18,986 nucleotides of DNA from Candidatus Fervidifonticultor quintus (GCA_031459535.1 JAVKIJ010000062.1:1-18986); one strand, 5' to 3'; shown: positions 1-9,980, counted from the first letter of the stretch. Notes: a model not told the origin generated them from the letters alone. Numbers and translations are program-made.

Positions 1-792
1 GCCGATCCGGCGACCGTCCACCTCCACCACGGGCGCGACCTCCGCGCCGGTCCCGGTCAGGAAGCACTCGTCGGCGGTGTAGACGTCGTGCAGGGTGAAG
101 ATGCGCTCCGCCGCGCCGAGGCCCAGCTCCGACGCCAGCGCCAGCACCGTGTCCCGTGTGATGCCCCGCAGCAATCCCAGGTGCGCCGGCGGCGTCCACA
201 CCTCGCCGCGGACCACCACGAACACGTTGTCGGCGCTGCACTCGCACACGTACCCCTCGGCGGTCAGCATCAGGGCCTCTTCGGCGCCGGCCTGGTTGGC
301 CTCGATCCGGGCCAGGATGTTGTTAAGGTAGTTCAGGGACTTGACGCGACCGTCCAGGGCGTCAACAGCGGGCCGGCGAACCGTGGCGGTGACCATCCGC
401 AGCCCGCGCTCGTACGCCTCCCTGGGGTACAGCCGGATCTCGTCCACGATGATGACCACGGTGGGCGTCGGGCACTTGCGGGGATCGATCCCTAGATCGC
501 CGGGGCCGCGGCTGACCACTGGCCGGATGTATGCGTCGCGTAGCCCGCTGGCGCGCACCGTCTCGATGATCGCTTGCCGCATCGCATCCCGCGCCAGCGG
601 GACCTCCAACATGAGATGCTTCGCAGACCGGTACAGCCGGTCCAGATGCTCCTCGAGCTTGAAGATGCGACCGTCGTAGACCCGGATCCCCTCGAACACC
701 CCGTCACCGTACAGGTAGCCGTGGTCGAAGACAGAGACCATGGCCTCGGCCTTTGAGGTAATGCGGCCGTTGATGTACACTGCCCCGCTCAT
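1..792 (-). CDS. ilvE: Branched-chain amino acid aminotransferase (class IV PLP-dependent); 3' end lies outside the window
   Basis: Not in the ORF track because the stop is off-window. Manual translation from ATG at 792 (RBS GAGGAGG at about 798-806) gives MSGAVYINGRITSKAEAMVSVFDHGYLYGDGVFEGIRVYDGRIFKLEEHLDRLYRSA...KSLNYLNNILARIEA, which are the IlvE motifs including the PLP lysine. Confidence 0.95.
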   Translation of the reverse strand, partial: MSGAVYINGRITSKAEAMVSVFDHGYLYGDGVFEGIRVYDGRIFKLEEHLDRLYRSAKHLMLEVPLARDAMRQAIIETVRASGLRDAYIRPVVSRGPGDLGIDPRKCPTPTVVIIVDEIRLYPREAYERGLRMVTATVRRPAVDALDGRVKSLNYLNNILARIEANQAGAEEALMLTAEGYVCECSADNVFVVVRGEVWTPPAHLGLLRGITRDTVLALASELGLGAAERIFTLHDVYTADECFLTGTGAEVAPVVEVDGRRIG

Positions 793-818
793 GACAGCTC
801 CTCCTCGTGGGACGGTCG

Positions 819-2450
819 TCACGTGGCCCGGGCCGTGGTCCTGACCCGATCCAGCGCCGCCCTGATGAACGCCCGGTACAGCGGATGGGGCCGGTTGGGC
901 CGGGACCGGTACTCGGCGTGGAACTGGGTTCCGACAAACCAGGGGTGGTCGGGCAGTTCGATGATCTCCACCAGATCCTGATCGGGATAGACGCCGGTGA
1001 CGCGCATGCCATGGGCCTCCAGCACCGTCCGGTAGGCGTTGTTCAGTTCGTACCGGTGCCGGTGGCGCTCGCCAACCTCGGGAACGCCGTAGGCCTCCAT
1101 GGCGCGGGATCCCGGCGCCAGACGGCAGGGATAGCGTCCCAGGCGCATGGTCCCGCCCTTGTCCTCGATGCCCCGCTGTTCGGCCAGCAGCGCGATGACC
1201 GGGTGCGGCGTGTCGGGAGCGACCTCGGTCGTATTGGCGCCGGCCAGTCCGCACACATGCCGGGCGAACTCGACGACCGCCCACTGCATGCCGTAGCAGA
1301 TCCCCAGGAACGGGACATGTTGCTCCCGCGCGTATCGGATCGCGCGGACCTTGCCCTCTACCCCGCGGGCGCCGAACCCTGGACAAACCAGCAGGCCGTG
1401 GTAGGGTGCCAGGCGCTCGGCCAACTCGGCGTCGGTCCAGCGCTCGATGATCTCCGAATCCAGCTTGGTGATCTCGACGGCGCAGTTGTTGGCGATCCCG
1501 CCGTGCCGCAATGCCTCCACGATACTGACGTAGGAGTCCTCCACGCCCATGTACTTGCCGATCAGGCCGACGCGCACCGCGCCCTGGGGGTGGCGCAGCC
1601 GGGCGACGATCTGTCGCCACTCTTCCAGATCGGGCTCGGGGAGATGTTCCAGGCCCAGCCGTTTCAGGATGATCTGCCCCAGACCTTCCTGCTCCAGCAC
1701 CAGCGGCACCTCGTAGATGGTCTGCGCGTCCATCGCCTGGATCACCGCCTCCGGCTCGACGTCGCAGAACAGGGCGATCTTCTCCTTGACGGCGCGGCCC
1801 AACGGCCGTGCCGTGCGGCAGACGATAACGTCGGGCTGGATGCCGATGCTGCGCAGTTCCTTGACCGAGTGCTGCGTGGGCTTGGTCTTCAGTTCGCCAG
1901 CGGCCGGTAGATAGGGAATGAGCGACACGTGGACGTACATCACGTGCTGCTCACCCACTGACCGCTTGAACTGCCGGATGGCTTCGAGGAAGGGCAGGCC
2001 CTCGATGTCGCCGACCGTGCCCCCGACTTCGGTGATCACCACGTGCGCGCCGGTGGCGCGGGCCAAATTGCGGATCTCGTCCTTGATCTCATTGGTGACG
2101 TGCGGGATGACCTGCACCGTGCCGCCCAGGTACTCACCACGGCGTTCCCGGGCAATGACCGCGTTGTAGATCTTGCCGGTGGTAGTATTGTTGGCGCGGC
2201 CCAGGTTCTCGTCGATGAACCGCTCGTAGTGGCCCAGGTCCATGTCGGTCTCGGCTCCGTCGTCGGTGACGAACACCTCGCCGTGCTGATGTGGGTTCAT
2301 CGTCCCGGCATCCACATTGACGTACGGGTCGAACTTGAGCATCGTGACCCGCAGGCCGCGGCTCTTCAGCAGGCGGCCGATGGATGCCGACGTGATCCCC
2401 TTGCCCAGTGCTGAGGCCACACCGCCGGTGACGAAGATATACTTGGTCAC
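819..2450 (-). CDS. pyrG: CTP synthase
   Basis: N-terminus [26 protein letters not shown], and glutaminase motifs LGICYGMQ and QFHAE. GTG start overlaps the recN stop (GTGA). Confidence 0.98.
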   Translation of the reverse strand: MTKYIFVTGGVASALGKGITSASIGRLLKSRGLRVTMLKFDPYVNVDAGTMNPHQHGEVFVTDDGAETDMDLGHYERFIDENLGRANNTTTGKIYNAVIARERRGEYLGGTVQVIPHVTNEIKDEIRNLARATGAHVVITEVGGTVGDIEGLPFLEAIRQFKRSVGEQHVMYVHVSLIPYLPAAGELKTKPTQHSVKELRSIGIQPDVIVCRTARPLGRAVKEKIALFCDVEPEAVIQAMDAQTIYEVPLVLEQEGLGQIILKRLGLEHLPEPDLEEWRQIVARLRHPQGAVRVGLIGKYMGVEDSYVSIVEALRHGGIANNCAVEITKLDSEIIERWTDAELAERLAPYHGLLVCPGFGARGVEGKVRAIRYAREQHVPFLGICYGMQWAVVEFARHVCGLAGANTTEVAPDTPHPVIALLAEQRGIEDKGGTMRLGRYPCRLAPGSRAMEAYGVPEVGERHRHRYELNNAYRTVLEAHGMRVTGVYPDQDLVEIIELPDHPWFVGTQFHAEYRSRPNRPHPLYRAFIRAALDRVRTTARAT

Positions 2451-4195
2451 GGCTTCCCTCCCCGCACGCCCCGGGCGCCGGTGGCAGGGCCGCGCCCGGC
2501 GCGGGTCAACAGTTCGACCGCGTGCTCGCGCGCAATCGCCGTCGGCCGCCGCCCGGCCAGCATTCTGGCGATCTCCTCGATGCGCTCATCGGCATTCAGC
2601 GGGCGGATCCGCACCCGTGTCCGCCCATCGACCACGTCCTTCGTCACCCAGAAGTGACGGTCGGCCAGGCTGGCGATCTGGGGCATGTGCGTGACGCACA
2701 GCACCTGGCGGGCCCTGGCCACGGCGGCCAGCAATTGGCCCACCGCGCCCGCCGACCGGCTGCCGACTCCCGCGTCCACCTCGTCGCACACCATCACAGG
2801 CACCCCGCCCGCCTCGGCCAGCACGTGGCGCAGCGCCAGCATGATCCGTGACAGCTCGCCACCCGACGCGATGCGCACCAGGGGCTTGGGGTCCTCGCCA
2901 GGATTGGCGGAGATGAGGAACTCCACGCGGTCGATGCCGCTGGACCACACCGCGAGCCGCTGCCCGTCCACTCCCAGGCCCTCGGGGTCGTCCTCGGTGG
3001 CGAACTGGACCAGGAAGCGCGTGCGCCCCATCTCCAGCGAGGCCAGCGCGCGCTCGACGCCCGCCTGCAGGCGAGCGGCCCCCTCCCTGCGCAACGTCGA
3101 GAGCCGCCGGGCGCGGGCCGCCAGGTCCGCCTCCACCCCCGCCAGCGCGGCGGCCACGTGGGCCGCGCGGGCCTCGGACGCATCGAGCCGGCCGAGCGCC
3201 GCTGCTGCCTCGTCGCGGAACGCAAGGACCGCCTCGAGGGTCTCGCCGTACTTTCGCTTGAGGGTCTGAATCAGGTGGAGTCGGTTCTCCACCTCTGCGA
3301 GCTCGTCGGGCCGCGCCTCGATCCGCTGTAGGTAGTCCGCCAGCGAGTGGGCGACCTCGGCCAGCTCCCCCGTCAGGGTCTCGATGCGGCCGACGGCCTC
3401 GGCGAGCGCTGGGTCAACGGCCGCCGCGTCGCGCAATGCCGCGCGCGCCTGACCCAGGCGGTCCACCGCAGCCTGACCGTCGGCCTCGTAGAGCGCGGCG
3501 TAGGCACCGCCTGCTGCGGCGGCCAGCCGTTCGGCGTTGAGCAACCGCGCCCGCCGCACGGCCAGGGCCTCGTCCTCGCCCGACTGGAGCCTGGCCGCGT
3601 CGATCTCCGCGATCTGGTGGCGCAGGATATCCACCTGCCGTGCCCGCTCCCGCTCGCCGTCGACCAGCGCCCGCTGCTCCGCCCGCAGGGCGGCCCGGCG
3701 ACCCACCAGTTCGGCCACCTCACCCCGCAGGGCCTGCAGGGGTTCACCCCCGAACGCATCGAGCAGATCCAGGTGCGCGCGCGGGTCGAGCAGGCGCTGG
3801 CCCTCGTGCTGGCCCGCGACCTCCAGGAGCATCTCGCCCAGTTCCCGCAACATGCCCACCGTGGCCGGGCGCCCGTTGACCCACGCCCGTGAGCGCCCTT
3901 CGACGGCGATCTCTCGCGCCACGACCAGGTCGTCGTCCTCCAGTCCCCGATCACGCAGCCACCGGCCGGCCGCCGACCGAGGCGGAGGGGCGAAGCGGGC
4001 CTCCACGCGGGCTACCCCCGCGCCGGTGCGCACCACATCGCTGGTGGCACGCGCGCCGAGAGCCACACCGAGGGCGTCCACGACCATGGACTTTCCGGCT
4101 CCCGTCTCGCCAGTCAACACGTTGAGCCCTGGGCCGAACTCCACCGATGCCGTCTCGACGACCGCGAAGTCCTGGATCCGCAGCTCGAGCAGCAT
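2447..4195 (-). CDS. recN: DNA repair protein RecN
   Basis: Likely start [13 protein letters not shown] (ATG 4195, TGATG overlap with the nadK stop). Walker [10 protein letters not shown], signature ASGGELSR, Walker B/D-loop DEVDAGVG and VTHMPQIA are present. The ORF-track extension to 4654 overlaps nadK and is spurious. Confidence 0.97.
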   Translation of the reverse strand: MLLELRIQDFAVVETASVEFGPGLNVLTGETGAGKSMVVDALGVALGARATSDVVRTGAGVARVEARFAPPPRSAAGRWLRDRGLEDDDLVVAREIAVEGRSRAWVNGRPATVGMLRELGEMLLEVAGQHEGQRLLDPRAHLDLLDAFGGEPLQALRGEVAELVGRRAALRAEQRALVDGERERARQVDILRHQIAEIDAARLQSGEDEALAVRRARLLNAERLAAAAGGAYAALYEADGQAAVDRLGQARAALRDAAAVDPALAEAVGRIETLTGELAEVAHSLADYLQRIEARPDELAEVENRLHLIQTLKRKYGETLEAVLAFRDEAAAALGRLDASEARAAHVAAALAGVEADLAARARRLSTLRREGAARLQAGVERALASLEMGRTRFLVQFATEDDPEGLGVDGQRLAVWSSGIDRVEFLISANPGEDPKPLVRIASGGELSRIMLALRHVLAEAGGVPVMVCDEVDAGVGSRSAGAVGQLLAAVARARQVLCVTHMPQIASLADRHFWVTKDVVDGRTRVRIRPLNADERIEEIARMLAGRRPTAIAREHAVELLTRAGRGPATGARGVRGGKP

Positions 4196-5061
4196 CAGCG
4201 TTCCCCCCAGCCCAGTTTGGTACGCAGGATGCTGTAGAAGCTGTGCGGGCGTAGGCGCACCAGCCGCGTCCGCTCGGCGGCGCGCCGCGCCACCACCCGC
4301 TCGCCGGACCGCAGCGGGTGGCTCTCCTGACCGTCCACGCTGAGACAGACGTCCTCGTCGCGATCGTCCACTTCCACCGTGACGGTCGCCGTGCCCGCGA
4401 CGACTACCGGACGGGCCGTGAAGGTGTGGGGGCAGATGGGCGTGACGACGATGACATCCACGTGGGGGTGCACGATGGGCCCGCCGGCCGACAGCGAGTA
4501 CGCCGTGGACCCGGTGGGCGTAGCCACGATCACCCCGTCCGCCGGGTAAGTGGCCAGGTGCTCGCCGTTGACCCAGGTGGTCAGGTGGACCACGCGCGCC
4601 ACGCCTGCCTTCGCCACGACCACGTCGTTCAAGGCCAGAGACCGCACGCGACACCCATCCTCACCTTGGATCTCCGCCTCCAGCATCGTCCGGTCGTCCG
4701 CTGCGACCTCGCCCCTGACCACGCCCGCAAGCGCCTGAGGCAAATCGGCCAGCGGAATTTCGGCAAGAAACCCCAGCCCGCCCACGTGCACGCCGAGGAT
4801 GGGCACACGGCCTGCCGCCATGCGCGCGGCCGACAGGATCGTCCCGTCGCCGCCCAGCACCACCAGCAAGTCAACGCCGTGCACCAGTGCCGCATCCGGT
4901 GCCTCCAGATCAGGCCTCCCGGCCAGTTCCGCGCCGGCACCGTTGAGACGCACGTCCAGGCCCTGATCCAGCATCACCTGCAGGCTATCCTGCAGGCGAC
5001 CGACCGAGCGCGGCTCGACCCCGAAGCGGGCCCGATTGACGAGCACCGCGACCCGCTTCAC
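4195..5061 (-). CDS. nadK: NAD kinase
   Basis: Motifs GGDGT, GLGFL, LND and DGVIVATPTGSTAYSLSAGGP. GTG 5061 overlaps the tlyA stop; alternative start at 5076. Confidence 0.95.
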   Translation of the reverse strand: MKRVAVLVNRARFGVEPRSVGRLQDSLQVMLDQGLDVRLNGAGAELAGRPDLEAPDAALVHGVDLLVVLGGDGTILSAARMAAGRVPILGVHVGGLGFLAEIPLADLPQALAGVVRGEVAADDRTMLEAEIQGEDGCRVRSLALNDVVVAKAGVARVVHLTTWVNGEHLATYPADGVIVATPTGSTAYSLSAGGPIVHPHVDVIVVTPICPHTFTARPVVVAGTATVTVEVDDRDEDVCLSVDGQESHPLRSGERVVARRAAERTRLVRLRPHSFYSILRTKLGWGER

Positions 5062-5867
5062 GGCGCGCCACCCCACCCGGCGTGCGCCACGCGCCGGATG
5101 GCCGCATCTAGATCATCGGCAGTGGGCCCGCCGTCCTTTCGGAACAGCACGAAGAATTCCCGGTTGCCGTCCGGGCCCAGCAGGGGGGACACGGTGACAC
5201 CGTGGGGCCACAGGCCCAGCGCCGGGCCCGAGGCGATCACGCGCCGTAACACCTGTTGGTGCACCTCGGGATCACGGACCACGCCCCGAGGCGCTGCCTT
5301 GGGCCCGGCCTCGAACTGCGGTTTGACCAGCGCCACCACCGCTCCGCCGGGACGCACCAGCGCCGCGACCGCGGGCAGGATCTTGTGCAGCGAAATGAAC
5401 GAGCAGTCCACCGTGACCAGGTCCACCTGCTCCGGCAGGTCGGCCGGCGTCAGCCGCGCCGCGTGCCGGCCTTCCATGACGACCACGCGGGGGTCCTGGC
5501 GCAACCGCCAGTGCAGCAGGCCTCGGCCGACGTCCACCGCGTAGACGCGACGGGCGCCCCGTTGGCGCAGGCAGTCGGTGAAACCGCCGGTGGCCGCTCC
5601 CACGTCGAGGGCGACCGCGCCAGCCACAGCCACGCCGAATGCGTCCAGAGCGGCCGCCAGCTTGACGCCGCCGCGACTCACGTACGACGGGCCGCGCGCC
5701 CGTCGCTCCAGGCCGGCCGACTCCGCCACCAGCGCACCCGGCTTGTCCACGCGCCGGCCGTCCACATACAGCTCGCCGGCGCGGATGGCCGCTTCGGCTT
5801 GATGCCGGGTGGGCGCCAGCCCCCTGGCCACCGCCAGCAGGTCGAGCCGCCTGCGCTGAGACCTCAT
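5058..5867 (-). CDS. tlyA: TlyA family rRNA 2'-O-methyltransferase (S4 plus FtsJ-like domain)
   Basis: Motifs RLD (S4), YVSRGGVKL, LDVGAATGGFTDCL, DCSFISL, LVKPQFE and GNREF. Alternative start at 5900. Confidence 0.95.
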   Translation of the reverse strand: MRSQRRRLDLLAVARGLAPTRHQAEAAIRAGELYVDGRRVDKPGALVAESAGLERRARGPSYVSRGGVKLAAALDAFGVAVAGAVALDVGAATGGFTDCLRQRGARRVYAVDVGRGLLHWRLRQDPRVVVMEGRHAARLTPADLPEQVDLVTVDCSFISLHKILPAVAALVRPGGAVVALVKPQFEAGPKAAPRGVVRDPEVHQQVLRRVIASGPALGLWPHGVTVSPLLGPDGNREFFVLFRKDGGPTADDLDAAIRRVAHAGWGGAP

Positions 5868-5901
5868 CGGCCGGGAACTCCCCGGGCGCGCTCTTCCCAT
5901 T

Positions 5902-6840
5902 CTAGGATTCCCGGGCCAGCAGCGCCCGTGCCAGTTCCCGCAACACCGCGGCGCGCTCCCCCCATCCTTCGAGCGCGGCCACCGCGCGTTCGGTATACTC
6001 CCGCGCGGCGGCGCGAGACCCCTCGAGTCCGAACGCCGCGGGGAACGTCAACTTCGACGCCACGGCGTCGCGCCCCGCATCCTTCCCCAGCGTCTGGACC
6101 GACCCGACCTCGTCGAGCACGTCATCAATGATCTGAAAGGCCAGGCCGACGTCCTCCCCGTAGGCCGTCAGCGCGTCGAGCTGTGCCGCCGTGGCGCCGG
6201 CCAGGATCGCCCCCGACCGCACGCAGGCGCGAATCAGCGCGGCCGTCTTCCACCGGTGAATCAGCCGGACGCCCTCACGGCGATCAGGAGGCCACGCGCC
6301 GAAGCGGGCCAGGGAGGGCCGTCCCTCGGCCAGCAGGTCTAGCACCTGCCCCCCGACCATCCCCTGAGTCCCGATGGCGGACGTCACCTCCTCCATGACC
6401 CGGACGGTCCGCTCCGCCCCTGCGCTGGCCGCGTTGCGGGCAATGAGGTTGAACGCCAGCGCGTGCAGCGCGTCACCGGCCAGCACGGCGACGGCGTCCC
6501 CAAAGGCGACGTGACAGGTCGGCCGGCTGCGCCGGGTCGCTGAATCGTCCATGCACGGCAGATCGTCATGGATGAGCGAGTACGTGTGGATGAGCTCGAC
6601 GGCGCAGGCCGTGGGCATGACCACATGCGGCGCCGCACCCAGCGCCTCGGCAGACGCCAGCACCAGCAACGGCCGCACCCGCTTCCCGCCACCGAAGAGG
6701 CTGTACCGCATGGCGTCGTGCAGCAGGCCGGGGGTCGCGTCAGGCCCAGGCAGGGCGGCCTCGAGCGCGGCTTCAACCATGGGCCCTCGGGATGCCACGT
6801 AGGCGGCCAGCGTCCCCTCCGTCGCTACACGCTCAGCCAT
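5902..6840 (-). CDS. ispA: Farnesyl/geranylgeranyl diphosphate synthase
   Basis: GGKRVRP, first Asp-rich motif [14 protein letters not shown], and second motif FQIIDDVLD. Confidence 0.93.
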   Translation of the reverse strand: MAERVATEGTLAAYVASRGPMVEAALEAALPGPDATPGLLHDAMRYSLFGGGKRVRPLLVLASAEALGAAPHVVMPTACAVELIHTYSLIHDDLPCMDDSATRRSRPTCHVAFGDAVAVLAGDALHALAFNLIARNAASAGAERTVRVMEEVTSAIGTQGMVGGQVLDLLAEGRPSLARFGAWPPDRREGVRLIHRWKTAALIRACVRSGAILAGATAAQLDALTAYGEDVGLAFQIIDDVLDEVGSVQTLGKDAGRDAVASKLTFPAAFGLEGSRAAAREYTERAVAALEGWGERAAVLRELARALLARES

Positions 6841-7174
6841 AGATCGCGTCCCGGTCGGTCCGGATCAGGAATCCCGCTTCCCCGACCGGAGCCTCATCCA
6901 GCTGGTGCACCTCCCGGACGACCGAGCCCGGTGGGCCGGTGCGCACGGCGTCGACCAGCGCCCGGACGTCGTCGGCCGGCCCCTCCACAGCAATCTCAAC
7001 CCGGCCGTCGGGCAGGTTGCGGACGAACCCGGCCAGGCGCCGCATGGCCGCATGGCGCTGCACGAAGAACCGGAACCCCACGCCCTGCACGCGGCCCGAC
7101 ACCCACAGGTGGACCCTGACCGGCGTTGAGGCGGCCCCCTCACGACTGCGGCGCGGGCTGCGATCCTGACGCAC
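6833..7174 (-). CDS. acyP: Acylphosphatase
   Basis: Signatures [10 protein letters not shown] and [15 protein letters not shown] start with GAGGA upstream, overlapping the 3' end of nusB; exact start uncertain. Confidence 0.92.
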   Translation of the reverse strand: MRQDRSPRRSREGAASTPVRVHLWVSGRVQGVGFRFFVQRHAAMRRLAGFVRNLPDGRVEIAVEGPADDVRALVDAVRTGPPGSVVREVHQLDEAPVGEAGFLIRTDRDAIYG

Positions 7175-7571
7175 GCTGTTCCTCTCGATAGATCGTCCCC
7201 AGCACGCCGTTCACGAAGCGCCCGGAGTCCTCGGTGCCGTACCGCTTGGCCAGCTCCACGGCTTCGTTGATGACCACGCCCGGCGGGGTCGCCAGGTGGC
7301 GCAGCTCATACAGCGCCATGCGCAGGATCACCCGGTCGACGCTGGCCAGGCGATCCAGAGCCCAACCGGTGAGGTGCGGGCGGATCAGGGCATCGAGTTC
7401 GGCCCGCCGCGCGGCGACCCCACGGCAGACCTCGTCGACGAACGCCCAGTCAATGGACGCGTCGCCGCGCGAGATGACCTGCAGCGCCTCGCCAATGGGG
7501 ACATGACCGACGTCGTGCTGGAAGAGCACCTTGAGGGCGACGTCGCGGGTCCGGCGGCGGTCGATCCTCAC
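7140..7571 (-). CDS. nusB: Transcription antitermination factor NusB
   Basis: [15 protein letters not shown][14 protein letters not shown], [13 protein letters not shown] and FVNGVLG. GTG 7571 chosen because the longer ORF runs through a structured non-coding region. Confidence 0.94.
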   Translation of the reverse strand: MRIDRRRTRDVALKVLFQHDVGHVPIGEALQVISRGDASIDWAFVDEVCRGVAARRAELDALIRPHLTGWALDRLASVDRVILRMALYELRHLATPPGVVINEAVELAKRYGTEDSGRFVNGVLGTIYREEQRASGSQPAPQS

Positions 7572-7585
7572 GGTCCCAGCGCCCG

Positions 7586-7688
7586 AAAAAGTCGACGACC
7601 ACCGAGAGGGGGCTGTCGCCCGCACCCGCGACCGCTCGTGCGGCCCGCGCTGTGCGACGCGGCAGAGCTCCATCGGTGGTCCTGCACG
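7586..7688 (-). ncRNA. Candidate structured sRNA or nusB leader RNA (long rod-like hairpin plus U-tract)
   Basis: 9-bp closing stem GACCACCGA/TCGGTGGTC (7673-7681 with 7597-7605), nested CGCAC/GTGCG and GGCCGC-ACGA-GCGGTC stems, followed by gtcgacTTTTT (7586-7596). It starts just after an extended -10 element. Confidence 0.45.
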
Positions 7689-7693
7689 TCAGT

Positions 7694-7722
7694 ATTCTAC
7701 CAACCCCACCCGCCGCCGGGAA
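7694..7722 (-). promoter_or_regulatory. Sigma70/SigA-type promoter with extended -10 (TGgTAGAAT) upstream of the hairpin RNA and nusB
   Basis: TG-n-TAGAAT at 7702-7694, with a weak -35 TTCCCG at 17-nt spacing. Confidence 0.6.
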
Positions 7723-7735
7723 CCCGTCCGGCGGC
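7712..7735 (-). terminator. GC-rich hairpin after efp (no U-tract)
   Basis: 8-bp inverted repeat GCCGCCGG...CCGGCGGC about 15 nt after the efp stop. Confidence 0.4.
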
Positions 7736-7750
7736 CCGTCACCTTCCTGA

Positions 7751-8311
7751 CTACTTCACCCGCTCCAGGTACTCCCCGGTGCGGGTATCCACCCGCACCA
7801 CATTGCCCACCTCGACGAAGAACGGCACCTGCACCACGGCGCCGGTCTCCAGCGTCGCGGGCTTGGAACTGCCCGCCGCGGTGTCCCCCTTCACGCCCGG
7901 CGGGGTGTCCACCACCACCAGGTCCACCGAGTTTGGCAGCTCCACACCGATGGGGACGCCCTCGTAGTACACGACGGTGACGACGGTGTTGTCCTTGAGA
8001 TAGAGACGGCCGTCGCCGAGCAGGTCGGCATCAATGGTCACCTGATCGAACGTCTCCTGATCCATGAAGACGTAGTGCTCGCCTTCGTGGTAGAGGTACT
8101 GCATGTCGCGGTGCTCCAGGTACGCCCGCGGGACCTTCTCCCCGGCATTGAACGTCCGCTCGGTGATGGCACCGGTCTTCAGATTGCGGATCCGCGCCCG
8201 CACGTAGGCGCTGCCCCGCCCCCGCTTCACATGCTGGGACTGCACGATGGCATAGAGGTCGCCGTCGAGCTCGACGACGACGCCAGCCCGGAAGTCGTTG
8301 CTGGAGATCAC
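7751..8311 (-). CDS. efp: Elongation factor P (Arg32 type)
   Basis: MISSNDFRAG, loop HVKRGRGSAYVR, PGVKGDT, KPATLETG and VDTRTGEYLER. Confidence 0.97.
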   Translation of the reverse strand: MISSNDFRAGVVVELDGDLYAIVQSQHVKRGRGSAYVRARIRNLKTGAITERTFNAGEKVPRAYLEHRDMQYLYHEGEHYVFMDQETFDQVTIDADLLGDGRLYLKDNTVVTVVYYEGVPIGVELPNSVDLVVVDTPPGVKGDTAAGSSKPATLETGAVVQVPFFVEVGNVVRVDTRTGEYLERVK

Positions 8312-9402
8312 GCGCTCACCTCGATCAGATCCTTGGGAAGTGTCGTCAGGTTCTCACAGCCATTGTCGGTGATGACCACCATGTCTTCAATGCGCACACC
8401 GCCCCAGCCCGGCAGGTAGACGCCGGGCTCGACGGTCACCACCGCGCCCGCGGGAAGGAGGGCCTCCTCGCGCGGTGAGAGTGTCGGACCCTCGTGGGCG
8501 GCCAGCCCGATCCCGTGGCCCAACGCGTGGCCGAACGCGTCGCCGAAGCCCGCCTGCTCGATGACCTCCCGCGCCAGCCGGTCGGCCTGGCGACCGGCAA
8601 GACCCGCCCGCAGCCCGGCCAGCGCGGCGCGCTGCGCCTCGAGCACGATCCCGTAGACGCGGCGGTGCCGGTCAGTGGCCGGTGCCGTGAGCAAGGTGCG
8701 GGTGCAGTCGGACGCGTAGCCGTCCACGACCGCTCCGAAATCGACCACGACCCATTCGCCTGGCCCGATGACCCGGGCGGTGGTCTCGGCGTGCGGCATA
8801 GCCGCGCGGGGACCCGAGGCCACGATGGTATCGAAGGAGAGCCGCTGTGCGCCTCGGCGCCGGAGCCGGTCGTCCAGGGCCGCGGCTACGTCCCACTCGG
8901 TGGCGCCGGGCCGGATCATCGGCAAGACATCCGCGAATGCCGCCTCAGCCACCCGCGCCGACCGGCGGATCGCCTCGACCTCCTCTGGCGACTTCACCCA
9001 CCGCATGCGGTCCAGGCCTTCGAGCGCCACGACCTCTGAGGGCGCGACCGCAGCGGCCAGCCTCCGGTAGAGCGCGAGCGGCAGGTGCTCCCCCTCCACC
9101 CCAACACGGCGCGCCCCGAGCTGCCGGAGCACCTCGGCGGCGGCCTCGATCAGGGGCCCCCTTGCCCGCACCGGGGAGAACCCAGGCGCCTGGACCGCGG
9201 CCTGCTCGACGTAGCGGAAGTCCACGACGAGGACGGCCTCCCCCCCGGTGACGAGGGCCACCCCGGCCGATCCAGTGAACCCGGAGAGGTACGGGACGTT
9301 GGGTGACCGCGTCAGGAGCACGGCGTCCACGCCGTCCTCCAGCATCCGGGCCCGGAGGCGCGCCAGACGCGCGGTACGCATCGGTGACGTCGCGGTTGGC
9401 AT
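8308..9402 (-). CDS. Xaa-Pro aminopeptidase, M24 family (YqhT/PepP-like)
   Basis: Creatinase-N region YLSGFTGS and metal-binding motifs DFG, SDCTRT, HALGHGIG, VEPG and RIED. Occupies the conserved position upstream of efp. Start is 9402 or 9381. Confidence 0.93.
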   Translation of the reverse strand: MPTATSPMRTARLARLRARMLEDGVDAVLLTRSPNVPYLSGFTGSAGVALVTGGEAVLVVDFRYVEQAAVQAPGFSPVRARGPLIEAAAEVLRQLGARRVGVEGEHLPLALYRRLAAAVAPSEVVALEGLDRMRWVKSPEEVEAIRRSARVAEAAFADVLPMIRPGATEWDVAAALDDRLRRRGAQRLSFDTIVASGPRAAMPHAETTARVIGPGEWVVVDFGAVVDGYASDCTRTLLTAPATDRHRRVYGIVLEAQRAALAGLRAGLAGRQADRLAREVIEQAGFGDAFGHALGHGIGLAAHEGPTLSPREEALLPAGAVVTVEPGVYLPGWGGVRIEDMVVITDNGCENLTTLPKDLIEVSA

Positions 9403-9411
9403 ACAGGCCGT

Positions 9412-9440
9412 AGCATACCCGAGCGCAGGCCGCGCCGCAA
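9412..9440 (-). promoter_or_regulatory. Sigma70/SigA-type promoter for the peptidase-efp operon
   Basis: TTGCGG-N17-TATGCT, ending 9 nt before ATG 9402. Confidence 0.6.
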
Positions 9441-9444
9441 CACG

Positions 9445-9476
9445 CAGGCGACGGGCGCTCATGCGCCCGTCGCCTG
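9445..9476 (-). terminator. Perfect 14-bp hairpin closing the pilP-pilQ-TPR unit
   Basis: CAGGCGACGGGCGC-ATGA-GCGCCCGTCGCCTG followed only by a weak tail (cgtgttg). Confidence 0.6.
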
Positions 9477-9520
9477 ATGGGATCGCCCGCCGCAGCCGGG
9501 TCAGGTCAGACCAGAAGCCC

Positions 9521-9973
9521 TCAGTTCCCGATGGGCGGGGTCTGGAACCGCGAGTGCCAGGCCGGCCGGATACGCTGCAGCATCTGGGCCGATACCTCGT
9601 CAGCCCTGGGCAGATCGCCCATCAGGAGGTAGACCTCCATGAGGGCCGCATACGCGCTCACCATGCCGGGGTCGAGCTTGATAGCCTCCTGCAGGGGTTT
9701 CTCGGCGCGGCCGAGGTACTCTGCGGCGTAGGGGGCAAGCCCCGCGCGCCACTGCCGATGCGCGTACAGGTAGGCGTAGCCGAGCCAGTACTGGGCCCGG
9801 GCATTGCGGGCGTCGGCCGAAATCGCCTGCTGGTAGGGCTGGATGGCCCGGGTGAACTCCGCCTCCTGAACGTACAGCCGCGACGTATCGAAGGCCGGCA
9901 GCGCGGGTGCCTGCCCGAACGCGGCACCCGCGGCCAGCAGGACCAGACCCAGGAGGAGCGTCAGCGTCTTCAT
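9521..9973 (-). CDS. Exported tetratricopeptide-repeat protein (possible secretin accessory)
   Basis: Sec signal MKTLTLLLGLVLLAAGAAFG-QA and TPR-like helices (AIQPYQQAISADARNARAQYWLGYAY; AIKLDPGMVSAYAALMEVY). Starts 7 nt after the pilQ stop. Confidence 0.8.
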   Translation of the reverse strand: MKTLTLLLGLVLLAAGAAFGQAPALPAFDTSRLYVQEAEFTRAIQPYQQAISADARNARAQYWLGYAYLYAHRQWRAGLAPYAAEYLGRAEKPLQEAIKLDPGMVSAYAALMEVYLLMGDLPRADEVSAQMLQRIRPAWHSRFQTPPIGN

Positions 9974-9980
9974 AGGGGCC

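Noticed and set aside
4196-4654. N-terminal extension of RecN in the ORF track
   Set aside because: It overlaps nadK in another frame; the canonical RecN start is at 4195.
7586-7688. SRP (4.5S) RNA, 6S RNA or tRNA identity for the hairpin
   Set aside because: No CAGG/GNRA/AGCAG helix-8 motif, too short for 6S with no clear central bubble, and no cloverleaf or TTC loop.
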